This document shows, piece by piece, positions 1 to 9,124 of a stretch of DNA of 47,072 nucleotides (position 1 is the first letter of the stretch; each line of letters opens with the position of its first letter). Both the position numbers and the translations under genes were made by a program. Origin of the DNA: Alphaproteobacteria bacterium (GTDB taxonomy: Bacteria > Pseudomonadota > Alphaproteobacteria > ATCC43930 > CGMCC-115725); assembly GCA_028866355.1 (NCBI GenBank), contig JAGWIH010000001.1:1-47072 (forward strand), written 5' to 3'. The notes under the pieces were generated by a model. The model saw only the letters and a list, made by a program, of their open reading frames with translations. It had not been told where the DNA came from and searched no databases.

Positions 1-335
1 CGCGAAACGTCGCTGACGGTATGGCGATCGCGTTCGCCGATTACAACGCCGCGCGCGGCATTTTCGACACGGCGCGCCGCGTCACTGCCGAGGCGTTCGG
101 CGATTGCGATTTCTGGCTCACGCTGCCGGCGCCGGGCGAAGCCCCGAAAGGCATCGAATCGACCGGCGATCCGGTGTTCAACCGGCTGTGGACGCTGTTG
201 CACGTGCCGTGCCTCACGGTGCCTTGCGGCAAAGGGCCGGCCGGCCTGCCGCTCGGCGTGCAGCTGATCGGGCCGCCGCGCGGCGCGGCGCCGCTGCTGG
301 CGGCCGGCCGTTGGGTCGAGGCGGCGCTGGCTTAA
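1..335 (+). CDS. amidase-signature family enzyme, C-terminal fragment (5' end lies outside the window)
   Basis: The reading frame of ORF 21..335 stays open back to the window edge. The tail ...CGKGPAGLPLGVQLIGPPRGAAPLLAAGRWVE parallels the C-terminus of the complete amidase at 2697..4082 (...GLDAARMPVGLQFIARPRQEEALLAAA). The TAA stop is at 333-335. Confidence 0.55.
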   Translation, partial: RNVADGMAIAFADYNAARGIFDTARRVTAEAFGDCDFWLTLPAPGEAPKGIESTGDPVFNRLWTLLHVPCLTVPCGKGPAGLPLGVQLIGPPRGAAPLLAAGRWVEAALA

Positions 336-1564
336 CGGCGGGCGCCGGCGCGCCGCTTGTTCGTGCGGCGCGTTGCCGGACGCCTAACCCGCGCCTTGGC
401 CTGCCGTGCCCACAGGGCTTTGCTCGCCAGCCGCGCGCCGGCGGCCAGCGCTTCGAGCTTCGCCCACATGATTTCCGGATGGACGCGGCGGTAGAACGGC
501 CCTTGCGCAAAGCCGCAATCAGTGCCGGCGAGCACCTGCTCGCGGCCGATCAGCTTGGCAAGCCGGACAATGCGCTCGGCAATCAGCTCGGGATGCTCGA
601 CCACGTTGGTCGCGTGGCTGATAACGCCGGTCACCAGAAGCTTGTCCTTAAGATCGACATCGCGCCAGACCTGCCATTCGTGTTCATGGCGCGGATTGGC
701 GCCCTCGATGACGAACGCGCCGACACGCGCTTTGAGCAGTGTTTTGACGATTGCCTTCAACGGCACGTCGGTGACATGCGGTCCGGGCCAGCTGCCCCAG
801 CAGACGTGATAACGCACGCGCGCCGGGTCGATGCCCTTAAGCGCGTGGTTCATGATCTCGATCTGGCGTTCGAGCCAGCGGTGATAGTCCTGGAACGTCT
901 TGGGTGGCACCATGCGGTCGAAGGTGACGGCGGCACGCGCATCGTCGAGCTGCACCAACAAACCGGCGTCGACGATGGTGCGGTATTCGGTGCGCATGGC
1001 TTCGGCGACTGCGGCCTGTAAATCGTCGTCGGTCTTGTAATATTCGTTCTTCTTGTCGGGCACGACGCTCGACGGCGCCGCCACCGGCAAAAATCCCTCG
1101 ACCACGTCGACGTCCGCGAGCGCCGCCTTGAAGTCGTCGATGTCACGCTGCAGCGCCGCCTGGCCGGTGTAGCGGATGGGCCCGACGACGACGGATTCCG
1201 CAATCGTCGCGCCCTGATCGCGGCTGTCCATCTCGGCATAGAAGCCCTTGAAGCGTTCGCGATCGGCGCCGCGCATCCAGGGATTGCCGCCCGCAAACGG
1301 TCGGCGCTCGAACCCGGCGAGCCGCTCGAGCGCGTATTGCGACCAGCTGATTGCCTTGCCGAACTCGCCGTCGCTGACCACGTCGATTCCGGCCGTCGCC
1401 TGCTGTTGCACCACCTCGGCAACCGAGTCCCTCAAACACGCCGCATGCGCGCGCTCGTCGTAAGGCCGGCGATCTTGCTTGGCGCGCAAAAACTCGAGCA
1501 GCCGCGGCGGTCGGATCAGGCTGCCGACGTGGGTCGTGAGGATGCGGTCGATGCTGCGCTTCAC
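332..1564 (-). CDS. MetE-like protein (stand-alone cobalamin-independent methionine synthase C-terminal-domain fold), substrate unknown
   Basis: This is a 410-codon ORF with a GTG start at 1564. It shows ILTTHVGSLIRPP near the N-terminus and VSDGEFGK, plus YHVCWG and GTDCGFA at the positions of the His/Cys zinc ligands of the MetE C-terminal domain. It is too short to be full-length MetE. The Arg-rich last ~30 residues may be a read-on tail. Confidence 0.7.
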   Translation of the reverse strand: MKRSIDRILTTHVGSLIRPPRLLEFLRAKQDRRPYDERAHAACLRDSVAEVVQQQATAGIDVVSDGEFGKAISWSQYALERLAGFERRPFAGGNPWMRGADRERFKGFYAEMDSRDQGATIAESVVVGPIRYTGQAALQRDIDDFKAALADVDVVEGFLPVAAPSSVVPDKKNEYYKTDDDLQAAVAEAMRTEYRTIVDAGLLVQLDDARAAVTFDRMVPPKTFQDYHRWLERQIEIMNHALKGIDPARVRYHVCWGSWPGPHVTDVPLKAIVKTLLKARVGAFVIEGANPRHEHEWQVWRDVDLKDKLLVTGVISHATNVVEHPELIAERIVRLAKLIGREQVLAGTDCGFAQGPFYRRVHPEIMWAKLEALAAGARLASKALWARQAKARVRRPATRRTNKRRAGARR

Positions 1565-1685
1565 GCCGGGCTCCTGACGGCGCGCGGATACGGGGCCTGC
1601 GCGCTCGGCGCCCTTTTGTGCTAGGGATTCAGGTGAACGGCAAGTCCGTCATGCCAGCGCGCCACGAGCGAGTGGGAGGGGGCCC

Positions 1686-2687
1686 ATGCGACGCATTACG
1701 GTTCTTCTGATCGCGGCGTTGTTGGCGGCAATGGGTCCGGCGCACGCCGATCCGCTCAAGCTGCGCATCGGCTGGGTGGTGGTGCCGGCCGAACTCGAGC
1801 CGATCTATTTCGCCAAGCCCGGCATCGCGCTCCACAATGGCAAGTCCTATGAGCTCGAGCCCATCCACTTCGCCGGTACGACGCAGCAGCTCCAGGCGCT
1901 CGGCACCGGCGATCTCGATCTCGCCGACCTGGCCTACTCGGCTGTCGGCGCCGCCATTCAGAACGCCAACATGCGCGATCTGCGCATCGTCTTCGACGGC
2001 GTGCAGGACGGTGCGCACGGTTACTACAGCAACGAGTTCATGGTGCTGAAGGACAGTCCGATCCGTCGGATCGAGGACCTGAAAGGCAAGGTATTGGCGA
2101 CCAACGCGCTCGGCACCGCCGTCGACGTCGGCATGAAGGCGATCGCCTTGCGCCACGGTCTTGAAGACAAGCGCGATTTCACGGTGATCGAGGTCAGCTT
2201 TCCCAACATGAAGTCGGTGCTGCTGTCGCGTAAGGCCGATCTTGCCACCTTCGTGCCGCCGTTCGCTTACGATCCGGAGCTCCGTGCCAAGACGCGCACG
2301 CTGTTCACGATGAAGGATGCGATGGGCGTGACGCAGCTGACGATGCTCACGGCGCGCGAGGGCTTCATCAAGCAGCATCGGGCTCAAATCGTCGATTTCT
2401 TGGAAGATGCGATCCGCGTGATCCGTTGGTACACCGATCCGAAGAACCACGATGAGGCGGTGCAGATCGTCGCCAATTTCATGAAGCGACCGCCGGCGCT
2501 GTTTCAGCAGTGGCTCTTCACCAAGGGTGACGATTATCGCGACCGCAGCGGCGTGCCTGATCTGGTCGCCTTGCAGCGCAATCTCGATACCGAACAGCGG
2601 CTTGGCCTGCTCAAGGAAAAGATCGACGTCCGCAAATACGCCGATCTCAGCCTGGTGAAAGAAGCCGGCCGGCGCGTCGGCCCGTAG
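1686..2687 (+). CDS. ABC transporter periplasmic substrate-binding protein (NMT1/NitT/TauT-like)
   Basis: It has an ATG start and a signal peptide, MRRITVLLIAALLAAMGPAHA. The overall pattern (LRIGWVV..., DLKGKVLATNALGTAVD) is typical of NMT1/TauT-type binding proteins. It is a paralogue of 5878..6885. Confidence 0.8.
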   Translation: MRRITVLLIAALLAAMGPAHADPLKLRIGWVVVPAELEPIYFAKPGIALHNGKSYELEPIHFAGTTQQLQALGTGDLDLADLAYSAVGAAIQNANMRDLRIVFDGVQDGAHGYYSNEFMVLKDSPIRRIEDLKGKVLATNALGTAVDVGMKAIALRHGLEDKRDFTVIEVSFPNMKSVLLSRKADLATFVPPFAYDPELRAKTRTLFTMKDAMGVTQLTMLTAREGFIKQHRAQIVDFLEDAIRVIRWYTDPKNHDEAVQIVANFMKRPPALFQQWLFTKGDDYRDRSGVPDLVALQRNLDTEQRLGLLKEKIDVRKYADLSLVKEAGRRVGP

Positions 2688-2696
2688 GATTTCGTA

Positions 2697-4082
2697 TCAG
2701 GCGAGCAGCGGCGGCACGCCGAGCACGTCGCGGGCTGTGCCGATCGAGCGCTCCGCCGCCAATGCCGCGGCCAGTAACGCTTCCTCTTGCCGCGGTCGGG
2801 CAATGAACTGGAGGCCGACCGGCATTCGCGCCGCGTCGAGGCCGACAGGCAGCGAGATCGCGCACAAGCCGAGATAATTGACCGGCACGGTGTTGCGGGT
2901 GAGGGCTTGGTTGGCCAGCCAGTGGCTGGCAGTGTCGTGAATCGTCGACACTAGCGGCGGCGTCACCGCCAGCGTCGGGGTCGCAATGACGTCGACATCG
3001 GCCAAGGTCGCCGTGACGGACGCTGCTGGCGCCGCCAGCCGCGCCAATCGGCCTCGATAGGTTTCCTCGGGTATGGCCGCGGCGCGAGCGATCACCGGCG
3101 CGTTGATGGGGTCGAGGGTTGTAATCCACGCCGGCAGCTCGCGGTCGAGGAACCGGCGCAGTTCGATCGCCGACACGCCACCGTCGCAGAAGACCGCAAA
3201 CGCAGCAGGGAATTCGGGCACCGTCTTGGTGACCAACCGCGCGCCGGCGCGTGTCAAGCGATCGACCGCGGCTTTCGCGGTCTCGGCGATACCGGGCGCG
3301 CAATTCCTCCACATGGCGTCGTCGATGCCGATGCGGAGGCCGGTCAGGTTCGCGGGCTCGATCGCGCGCGGTGCGCCGGGATCGATGACGGCGTACGCGA
3401 GCGCCGCGTCGGCGACGCTGCGCGCCAGGACGCCGGGCGTATCGAAGGTATGGCTCAACGGCACGATGCCGTCCGTCGACCAGCGGCCCGCCGTGACTTT
3501 GAGACCGACCGTGCCGGTGGCGCTCGCCGGTATCCGCACCGAGCCGGCGGTGTCGGTGCCGAGCGCGATCAAGGCTGAGCCTTCGAGCAGCGCAACCCCG
3601 GCGCCGCTCGACGAGCCGCCGGGCGAGCGCTCTTGTACGCCGTCCCAGGGGTTGCGCGGGCAGCCCCAATGCGCGTTGACGCCGGTTCCGCCGAAGGCGA
3701 ACTCGACCATATGGGTCTTGCCGGTGAAGACTCCCGCTTGGCGGCGCAACGCCGCAATCACGGGGCCATCCTGTTCCCAGCGCGCCGGCAAGCGGCGCGG
3801 GCTGCCGGCAAAGGTCGGCATGCCGGCGACGGCGAACAGATCCTTGGGCGCGATCGGAATTCCGTGCAGCGGGCCGAGCCGGTGGCCGGCGGCGAGCGCG
3901 TCATCGGCACGCTGGGCCATTGCGCGGGCAATGTCCGGCGCCCACAGCGAATAGGCGTGAAGCTTGGCGTCCCATCGTGCGTGATTGGCGATGGCCGCTT
4001 CAGCGAGGTCGCGCGCCGACAGGCGGCGCTCGTCGAAAGCCCGGCCGATCTCGGCAAGCGAAAGCGCGGCCGGTGCGATCAC
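2697..4082 (-). CDS. amidase (amidase-signature family)
   Basis: It carries the GGSSSGAG amidase-signature glycine/serine motif and a conserved K (IAPKD). I set the start at GTG 4082, which forms a GTGA overlap with the stop of the upstream ThDP gene (4079-4081). The longer ORF start at 4160 would overlap that gene by 82 nt. Confidence 0.85.
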   Translation of the reverse strand: MIAPAALSLAEIGRAFDERRLSARDLAEAAIANHARWDAKLHAYSLWAPDIARAMAQRADDALAAGHRLGPLHGIPIAPKDLFAVAGMPTFAGSPRRLPARWEQDGPVIAALRRQAGVFTGKTHMVEFAFGGTGVNAHWGCPRNPWDGVQERSPGGSSSGAGVALLEGSALIALGTDTAGSVRIPASATGTVGLKVTAGRWSTDGIVPLSHTFDTPGVLARSVADAALAYAVIDPGAPRAIEPANLTGLRIGIDDAMWRNCAPGIAETAKAAVDRLTRAGARLVTKTVPEFPAAFAVFCDGGVSAIELRRFLDRELPAWITTLDPINAPVIARAAAIPEETYRGRLARLAAPAASVTATLADVDVIATPTLAVTPPLVSTIHDTASHWLANQALTRNTVPVNYLGLCAISLPVGLDAARMPVGLQFIARPRQEEALLAAALAAERSIGTARDVLGVPPLLA

Positions 4083-5830
4083 CCGACGGGCACGTCCGCC
4101 AGCGACGTGACGCGCGCGGTCAGGACGGCCGAGCGGTTCTCCTTGAGCGCGGTGAAGCAACGATCGATCGCTGGCCCGAGCGCCGTCGGCTCGTCGACAT
4201 ATTCGCCGTGCGCGCCGAACGCGTGCGCCAGTTCGTCGAATCGCCGGCGTTCGTCCGGCCTGTCATTCGACAGCTGGGCCTGGAACTTGCCGCTCTCGTC
4301 GGCGACACCTTTGGGATAGACGCGCTGTACCGACGCCTTCACCGCCTGCCAGCCGCGGTTGTCGAGCACCACGGTGAAGATCGGCAGGCTGCATTGCTGC
4401 GACACCGCATAGACTGCATCGGGACTCATGAAATGGAACGAGCCATCGCCGACGACCTGGATGACGCGCCGGTTGGGATGCGCCAACTTGACACCGAGGG
4501 CGATGCCGCCGCTGCCGCCGAGACCGCCGCCGCCGTGCGCGAAATAGGTCAACGGCTTGGTGCGCGGCATCTGGCTAAGCGTTGCCCCGGTATTACGCAC
4601 CGCCTCGTTCACCACGATGTCATCGTGCGTCAGTCGCTGGTTGAGCATCGCGGCGACGTATTCGACGGTCATGGCGTCGCGGCTGCCGGTTTTTGCCGCC
4701 GCGGCGGCCAGCCGCTTGGCCCGCGCGTCGCGCGCCGGCGCCCAGCTCGCAATGCGCGCCCTGACCTTCTGCCGGTAGCGATCGTCGGCGCGCCGCCGCA
4801 CGGCGTCGAGCACCTGCCGCAGCACCGTGGCGGCGTCGGCCTGATAGCGGCGGTCGGTTGCGAACCCCCAAACCGGAATGTTCTCCTTCAGCGGATCGAC
4901 GTCGATCTGGATCCAGCGCAGCGTCCGCGCCCGCGGGTGATCGAGCGGAATGAACGGCACGTCGGTATCGAGCAGCAGGCCGAGGTCGGCGTCCTTGATG
5001 CCGTCGCCGACGTTGAATCCGGCAAAGCACGGTGAGTCATGCGGAATGTTGAGCGTCGCCGGGAAACTCTCGAAGACGCGGATGCCGCATTCGCGCGCTA
5101 GTTCGTCAAGCACGGCGACGCCCTCGGGCTTGCGGCCAATATAGGTCGTAGCGGCGACGGGGTTCTCAGCCGCCATAATTTCGGCGGCGATGGCGTCGGC
5201 TTCTTCGGGCGCGATGCCGCCGGCCTTGACCGGCCCGTATTTGGCCTCCGGAAAGCCCATCACTTTGTCGTCGTCGATTTCGGCGGCGAGGATCTCGCGC
5301 GGCAGCGTCAAATAGACCGGGCCGCGCGGGTCGCTTTGCATCATCGTGTGCGCGCGCCGCAGCACCTCGTTCACGACGACGCCCGACGGCAGCATGTATT
5401 CCCATTTGACGTACGGCCGGACGATGCTGGCCATGTCGTAGGGGTCCTGGACGAAGTGGACGTAGGTGTCGCGCGAGCCGGTGAGCTCGCCGTGGATGGT
5501 GAACGGCGCGCGCCCGGCCATGACCAGAACCGGCAGGCGCGTGCGCGCCAGATTGTGCAGCGCCATCGCCGCGTTGGCGGTGCCGGCATCGACATGCACC
5601 AGCACCGCTTGGCCCTTGCCGGTGGCGAGCGCGTAGCCGCCCGCCATGTGGACGGCGACGTTCTCGTGCGGGCACAGAATCACGCGAGGCGGCCGACGGT
5701 TGGTTTTTTCCCAGCGCGCCAGCTCTTCAATGATCGGTGCGTGATCGGTGCCGAGATTGGCGAACACATAATCGATGCCGAGATCGACCAGCCCCTGCAG
5801 GAGATGATGGGCGGCGGTATGCGTGGTCAT
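4079..5830 (-). CDS. thiamine-diphosphate-dependent enzyme (acetolactate-synthase-like superfamily)
   Basis: This is a 583-aa protein with an ATG start. The N-terminal PYR domain has the activating Glu (CPHENVAVHMAGGYA). The C-terminal ThDP/Mg motif reads GDGSFHF...LDNRGW. Confidence 0.85.
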   Translation of the reverse strand: MTTHTAAHHLLQGLVDLGIDYVFANLGTDHAPIIEELARWEKTNRRPPRVILCPHENVAVHMAGGYALATGKGQAVLVHVDAGTANAAMALHNLARTRLPVLVMAGRAPFTIHGELTGSRDTYVHFVQDPYDMASIVRPYVKWEYMLPSGVVVNEVLRRAHTMMQSDPRGPVYLTLPREILAAEIDDDKVMGFPEAKYGPVKAGGIAPEEADAIAAEIMAAENPVAATTYIGRKPEGVAVLDELARECGIRVFESFPATLNIPHDSPCFAGFNVGDGIKDADLGLLLDTDVPFIPLDHPRARTLRWIQIDVDPLKENIPVWGFATDRRYQADAATVLRQVLDAVRRRADDRYRQKVRARIASWAPARDARAKRLAAAAAKTGSRDAMTVEYVAAMLNQRLTHDDIVVNEAVRNTGATLSQMPRTKPLTYFAHGGGGLGGSGGIALGVKLAHPNRRVIQVVGDGSFHFMSPDAVYAVSQQCSLPIFTVVLDNRGWQAVKASVQRVYPKGVADESGKFQAQLSNDRPDERRRFDELAHAFGAHGEYVDEPTALGPAIDRCFTALKENRSAVLTARVTSLADVPVG

Positions 5831-5877
5831 GCGAGCCTTTCCGAGGCGATGGGCCGGTGCGACGACGCGCGTGACGG

Positions 5878-6885
5878 TTACTTCAGGCGCGCAGCCGCTT
5901 CTTTGACGAGACTGAGATCGAGATATTTCGACGCGTCGAGCTTGGATTTGAGGAATCCAAGCTGCTGCGCGGTATCGAGGTTGCGTTGCAAGGCGGTGAT
6001 ATTCGGCAGCCCGTTGGGATTGCGGTACTGGTCCTTATGGGTCAGCAGCCAGCCGGTAAAAAGCGTCGGCGGCCGCTTGGTGAAGTCGGCGACGAGCTTG
6101 ACCGCCTGATCGTGGTTCTTGGGATCGAGATACCAGTGCAAGGCGCGCAAGCTGTCTTCCATGAAATCGACGAGCGCGGCGCGGTGCGCCTTGATGAAGC
6201 TGGCGCGCGCCGTCCACAACGCGAATTGGGATTCGCCGACGGCCTCCTTTTCGGTGAACAAGATGTTGGCCTTGTCCATCAGCTCGGGGTCGTTGGCGGT
6301 CAGCACCGTGGCGGTGATCAGCGTGACCTTGTTCTCGAGCAGCGCCGCCTTCATGTTGGGAAACGCGATCTCGACGACGCTGTAGTCGCGTTTGTCTTCG
6401 AGACCGTGCTTCATCAGCATGGCGCGCATGGCGATGTCGACGCCGCTGCCGATGGCGTTGGTGGCCACCACCTTGCCCTTCAAATCCTCGACCTTTTCGA
6501 TGCCGCTCGACTTCAGCACCACGTACGGCTCGGTGAAGTAACCGGGAACGCCGTCCTCGAAATCGTCGAAGATGACGCGCAGATCGTTGACGCCGGCGTT
6601 CTCGATGGTCGTGCCAAAGGTCGGATAGGTGAAGGGCGCAATGTCGAGCTGACCTGCCGCGAGCGCGGTGATCATCGACGGCGTGCCCTGGAAGTGCACC
6701 GGCTCGAACGTATAGCTTTTGCCCAGGTGCTTCGCGATGCCGGGCGGCGCCAGCAGCACCGGCGTCAACTCAGGCGGGCAGGCCACCCAGCCGACGCGCA
6801 ACGGCAGCGGATCGGCCTGCGCCCCCGCCAATCCGACAAGCAATCCGACCGAAGCGACGAAGGCGGATATGACGTGTTTACGCAT
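5878..6885 (-). CDS. ABC transporter periplasmic substrate-binding protein (NMT1/NitT/TauT-like), paralogue of 1686..2687
   Basis: It has an ATG start and a signal peptide, MRKHVISAFVASVGLLVGLAGAQA. By eye, roughly half of its positions match the 1686..2687 product over the full length (e.g. DLKGKVVATNAIGSGVD, HGLEDKRDYSVVEIAFPNMK, LDLSLVKEAA). Confidence 0.8.
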   Translation of the reverse strand: MRKHVISAFVASVGLLVGLAGAQADPLPLRVGWVACPPELTPVLLAPPGIAKHLGKSYTFEPVHFQGTPSMITALAAGQLDIAPFTYPTFGTTIENAGVNDLRVIFDDFEDGVPGYFTEPYVVLKSSGIEKVEDLKGKVVATNAIGSGVDIAMRAMLMKHGLEDKRDYSVVEIAFPNMKAALLENKVTLITATVLTANDPELMDKANILFTEKEAVGESQFALWTARASFIKAHRAALVDFMEDSLRALHWYLDPKNHDQAVKLVADFTKRPPTLFTGWLLTHKDQYRNPNGLPNITALQRNLDTAQQLGFLKSKLDASKYLDLSLVKEAAARLK

Positions 6886-6941
6886 GACTCCTCCCCGGAT
6901 GGGACGGCGCCACTGCCGGACGCTCGCCGCCGCACCGACTC

Positions 6942-6963
6942 AAACCTGAACAGGTTCAGGTTT
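6942..6963. promoter_or_regulatory. perfect 10-bp inverted repeat AAACCTGAAC-AG-GTTCAGGTTT, candidate operator or intercistronic hairpin
   Basis: I read it directly in the 102-nt gap between the LLM gene stop (6988) and the binding-protein gene start (6885). It is comparatively AT-rich for this DNA. No U-tract follows it on the transcribed (minus) strand. Confidence 0.35.
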
Positions 6964-6987
6964 CAAGCGCCGTATGGCTGGCGGCCG

Positions 6988-8160
6988 TCAGGCGCGGGCC
7001 CTTTCGTGGCCGCCGGCGGGTAGCCGGTCGCGCAACGCCGGCATGACCTCGCGCGCGAACAGTTCCGTGTTCCGACGCGTCAGGTCGGCGGGCAAGGTGC
7101 CGAAATGCAGATTCGGCAGGACCAGGTTGAAACCGGCGCGGTCCTGATATTCGGTCAGCCGACGCCGCACCGTTTCTGGGCTGCCGCAGATGAACTGGCC
7201 TTGCTCGATAAGCTCTTCCATTGTGCGCCGACGGCCGAGGCTGGCCTTCGCCGCCATGACGCCTTTCATCGATGACAGCGACAGGTAACCGGGCGGCAGC
7301 AGCATCTCCATCGGCATGCGCAGGAATTTGTTGACGAAGAATTCGATATGCGGCTTCGCCTCTTTCAACGCCTGCTCGTCGGTCTTGGCGACATAGGTGG
7401 TGATCGACCAACCAAGCTGATTGGGCGATGCTTCGTAGCCCGATTTGCGTGCTTCCTCGCGATACATGTCCATATAGCGGAACAGCGCCGTCACCGGGCT
7501 GAAGGTCTGCAGGTAGACGTAACGGCGTTCCTTCGCCGACGCCCAGCGGATCGTCTCGCTCGAGCCTTGCGACGGGATCCACACCGGCGGATGCGGCTGC
7601 TGATAGGGCCGCGGCCAGACGTTGACGTAATCGAACTGATAGTACTTGCCCTCGAACGGGAACGGGCCGGGTTGGGTCCAAGCGCGCAGGATCAGGTCGT
7701 GCGCCTCGTGGAAACGGTCGTGGCTCTCGGTCGGGTTGACGCCGCTGGCGTGGTACTCGACGCCGATGCCGCGCACGAAGCCTGCGATCAGCCGCCCGCG
7801 CGTGATGTTATCGAGGATGGCGTATTCCTCGGCCACGGTGAGCGGATTGTTGAGCAGCGGCAGGGCGCGGCCGAGCACCGCGATCTTGACGGTCTTGGTA
7901 CGGCGCGACAACGCGCCGGCCAGCACGCCTGGCGTCGGCATCAAGCCATAGGCCGTCTGGTGGTGCTCGTTGACGCAGACGCCGTCGAAGCCCAGCGCGT
8001 CGGCGTATTCGATCTCGTCCAGATAGCGGTTGTAAAGCTCGGCGCCTTTCTCGGGGTCGTAATTGCTGTTGGGATAAAGCAGCCAGTCGGTGACGTAGTT
8101 CTTGTCGTAATCGGGGTCGAGATAGGCGTACGGCATCAGATGGAAGAAGAAGAATTTCAT
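6988..8160 (-). CDS. LLM-class (luciferase-like) flavin-dependent monooxygenase/oxidoreductase
   Basis: I placed the start at ATG 8160 (MKFFFFHLMPYAYLDP...). The 68 codons upstream in the ORF overlap the hydrolase gene. The sequence has the typical LLM pattern (GFDGVCVNEHHQTAYG, RGRLIAGFVRG). The ATGA overlap with the upstream stop suggests translational coupling. Confidence 0.85.
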   Translation of the reverse strand: MKFFFFHLMPYAYLDPDYDKNYVTDWLLYPNSNYDPEKGAELYNRYLDEIEYADALGFDGVCVNEHHQTAYGLMPTPGVLAGALSRRTKTVKIAVLGRALPLLNNPLTVAEEYAILDNITRGRLIAGFVRGIGVEYHASGVNPTESHDRFHEAHDLILRAWTQPGPFPFEGKYYQFDYVNVWPRPYQQPHPPVWIPSQGSSETIRWASAKERRYVYLQTFSPVTALFRYMDMYREEARKSGYEASPNQLGWSITTYVAKTDEQALKEAKPHIEFFVNKFLRMPMEMLLPPGYLSLSSMKGVMAAKASLGRRRTMEELIEQGQFICGSPETVRRRLTEYQDRAGFNLVLPNLHFGTLPADLTRRNTELFAREVMPALRDRLPAGGHERARA

Positions 8161-8942
8161 CGGGCGCTCCCCGCGATGAAGCGCATCACTCTCTCGACGA
8201 AGATGTCCTTCTTCTCGACCTGCGGCAGATGGCCGCAATCGGGCACGATTTCGATCTCGGCTTGTGGTAGGCGCTCGGCGAAACCTTGCGCGATCGCGAC
8301 CGGCAGAATCCGGTCTTCGCGCCCCCAGACGATCAACGTCGGCAGCTTGACGCGCTTCAGCCACTTCATCAGCAGCGGGTCGTAGAACCGCGGGTGCCAG
8401 GCGAGGCGCGCGACCGTGTAGATGTTCTTCATCCGAACGTCAGCGCCGGCGGGATCGACTGCGCGCGTCGCCGCCTCGTCGCCCAACGCCTTGTCGTGGA
8501 ACAGCTGTCGGGCCAGCTCGTCGGCCGGCCATAGAAACATGTCCGGCTTGTGGATGCCGGGAACATTAACGCCGGCCGGACCGATCAGCGTCAAAGTCTT
8601 GAGGCGCGACGCGTCGAGCATCGCCATCTCGGCCGCGATCCAGCCGCCGAGCGACCCGCCTATCAAATGGACGCCGGTGAGATTTTCGGCAGCGAGAAAC
8701 TCGAGATAAAACAGCGCCACGTCGTGGATGCCGTCGAGCCATTCGGGCGTATCGGAGCGGCCGAAACCCGGATGCTCAGGCACGATGACGCTGAACTGCC
8801 GGGCGAGATCCTCCATCCAGGGCAGCCATATCCCGCCGCCGCCCGAGCCGTGGAGATAGACCAGCGGCGCGCCGTTGCCCCCGCGCATCACGTGGATGCT
8901 GCAGCCGTGCAGCGTTTCCTTGGTTTCGATGTGCCCCGCCAT
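8157..8942 (-). CDS. alpha/beta-fold hydrolase
   Basis: It has an ATG start, an oxyanion HG motif (LVYLHGSGGGG), a nucleophile elbow G-x-S-x-G (IGGSLGG) and a C-terminal catalytic His context (VPDCGHLPQVE). Confidence 0.8.
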   Translation of the reverse strand: MAGHIETKETLHGCSIHVMRGGNGAPLVYLHGSGGGGIWLPWMEDLARQFSVIVPEHPGFGRSDTPEWLDGIHDVALFYLEFLAAENLTGVHLIGGSLGGWIAAEMAMLDASRLKTLTLIGPAGVNVPGIHKPDMFLWPADELARQLFHDKALGDEAATRAVDPAGADVRMKNIYTVARLAWHPRFYDPLLMKWLKRVKLPTLIVWGREDRILPVAIAQGFAERLPQAEIEIVPDCGHLPQVEKKDIFVERVMRFIAGSAR

Positions 8943-9124
8943 GATCCCGACCGTTCGCGCACGGTTGGCGCCGGGTCATGTCAATGGATCGAGCGGTCGC
9001 TGTCAATCTGCCGTGGCGCGGCTCGTCGAGTATGGGCAACGTGGGCAGGAACCAACGGCAGCGCAAATTTCGCTCTGCAGTCGGCGGTTGGGCGAGTATT
9101 TTGCTTCTACAACCCAGGGGCGCC

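Noticed and set aside
104-1021. Many long ORFs lie antisense to or out of frame with the called genes. Examples are 104..1021, 2647..3669, 3073..3954, 3920..5035, 5986..7023, 7348..8385, 11930..12715, 14022..15383, 20115..21194, 30518..31681, 32057..32992, 32377..33423, 33248..34498 and 42522..43724.
   Set aside because: Their translations are Arg/Ala/Pro/Gly-rich low-complexity strings with no recognisable motifs. Each overlaps a gene with clear family signatures. This is the expected stop-codon-poor shadow-ORF artefact of GC-rich DNA.
1565-1685. A possible riboswitch (cobalamin or SAM type) could lie upstream of the MetE-like gene.
   Set aside because: The whole divergent intergenic region is only 121 nt and is shared with the binding-protein promoter. 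I could not find the conserved cores of either riboswitch class. The gene is also not a bona fide full-length metE.
8161-8364. Several ORF-track entries carry N-terminal extensions. Examples are LLM 6988..8364, FAH 8978.., GT4 ..13222, ABC 12994.., sigma 15784.., beta-helix 30647.., Wzy 29332.. and Wzx2 ..43909.
   Set aside because: The extensions overlap neighbouring genes or low-GC intergenic DNA and lack family similarity. Internal ATG/GTG codons give canonical N-termini (MKFFFFHLMPY, MRLCRYND, MRIAQIAPL, MNPITTY and others). The track also counts TTG/GTG as Met.
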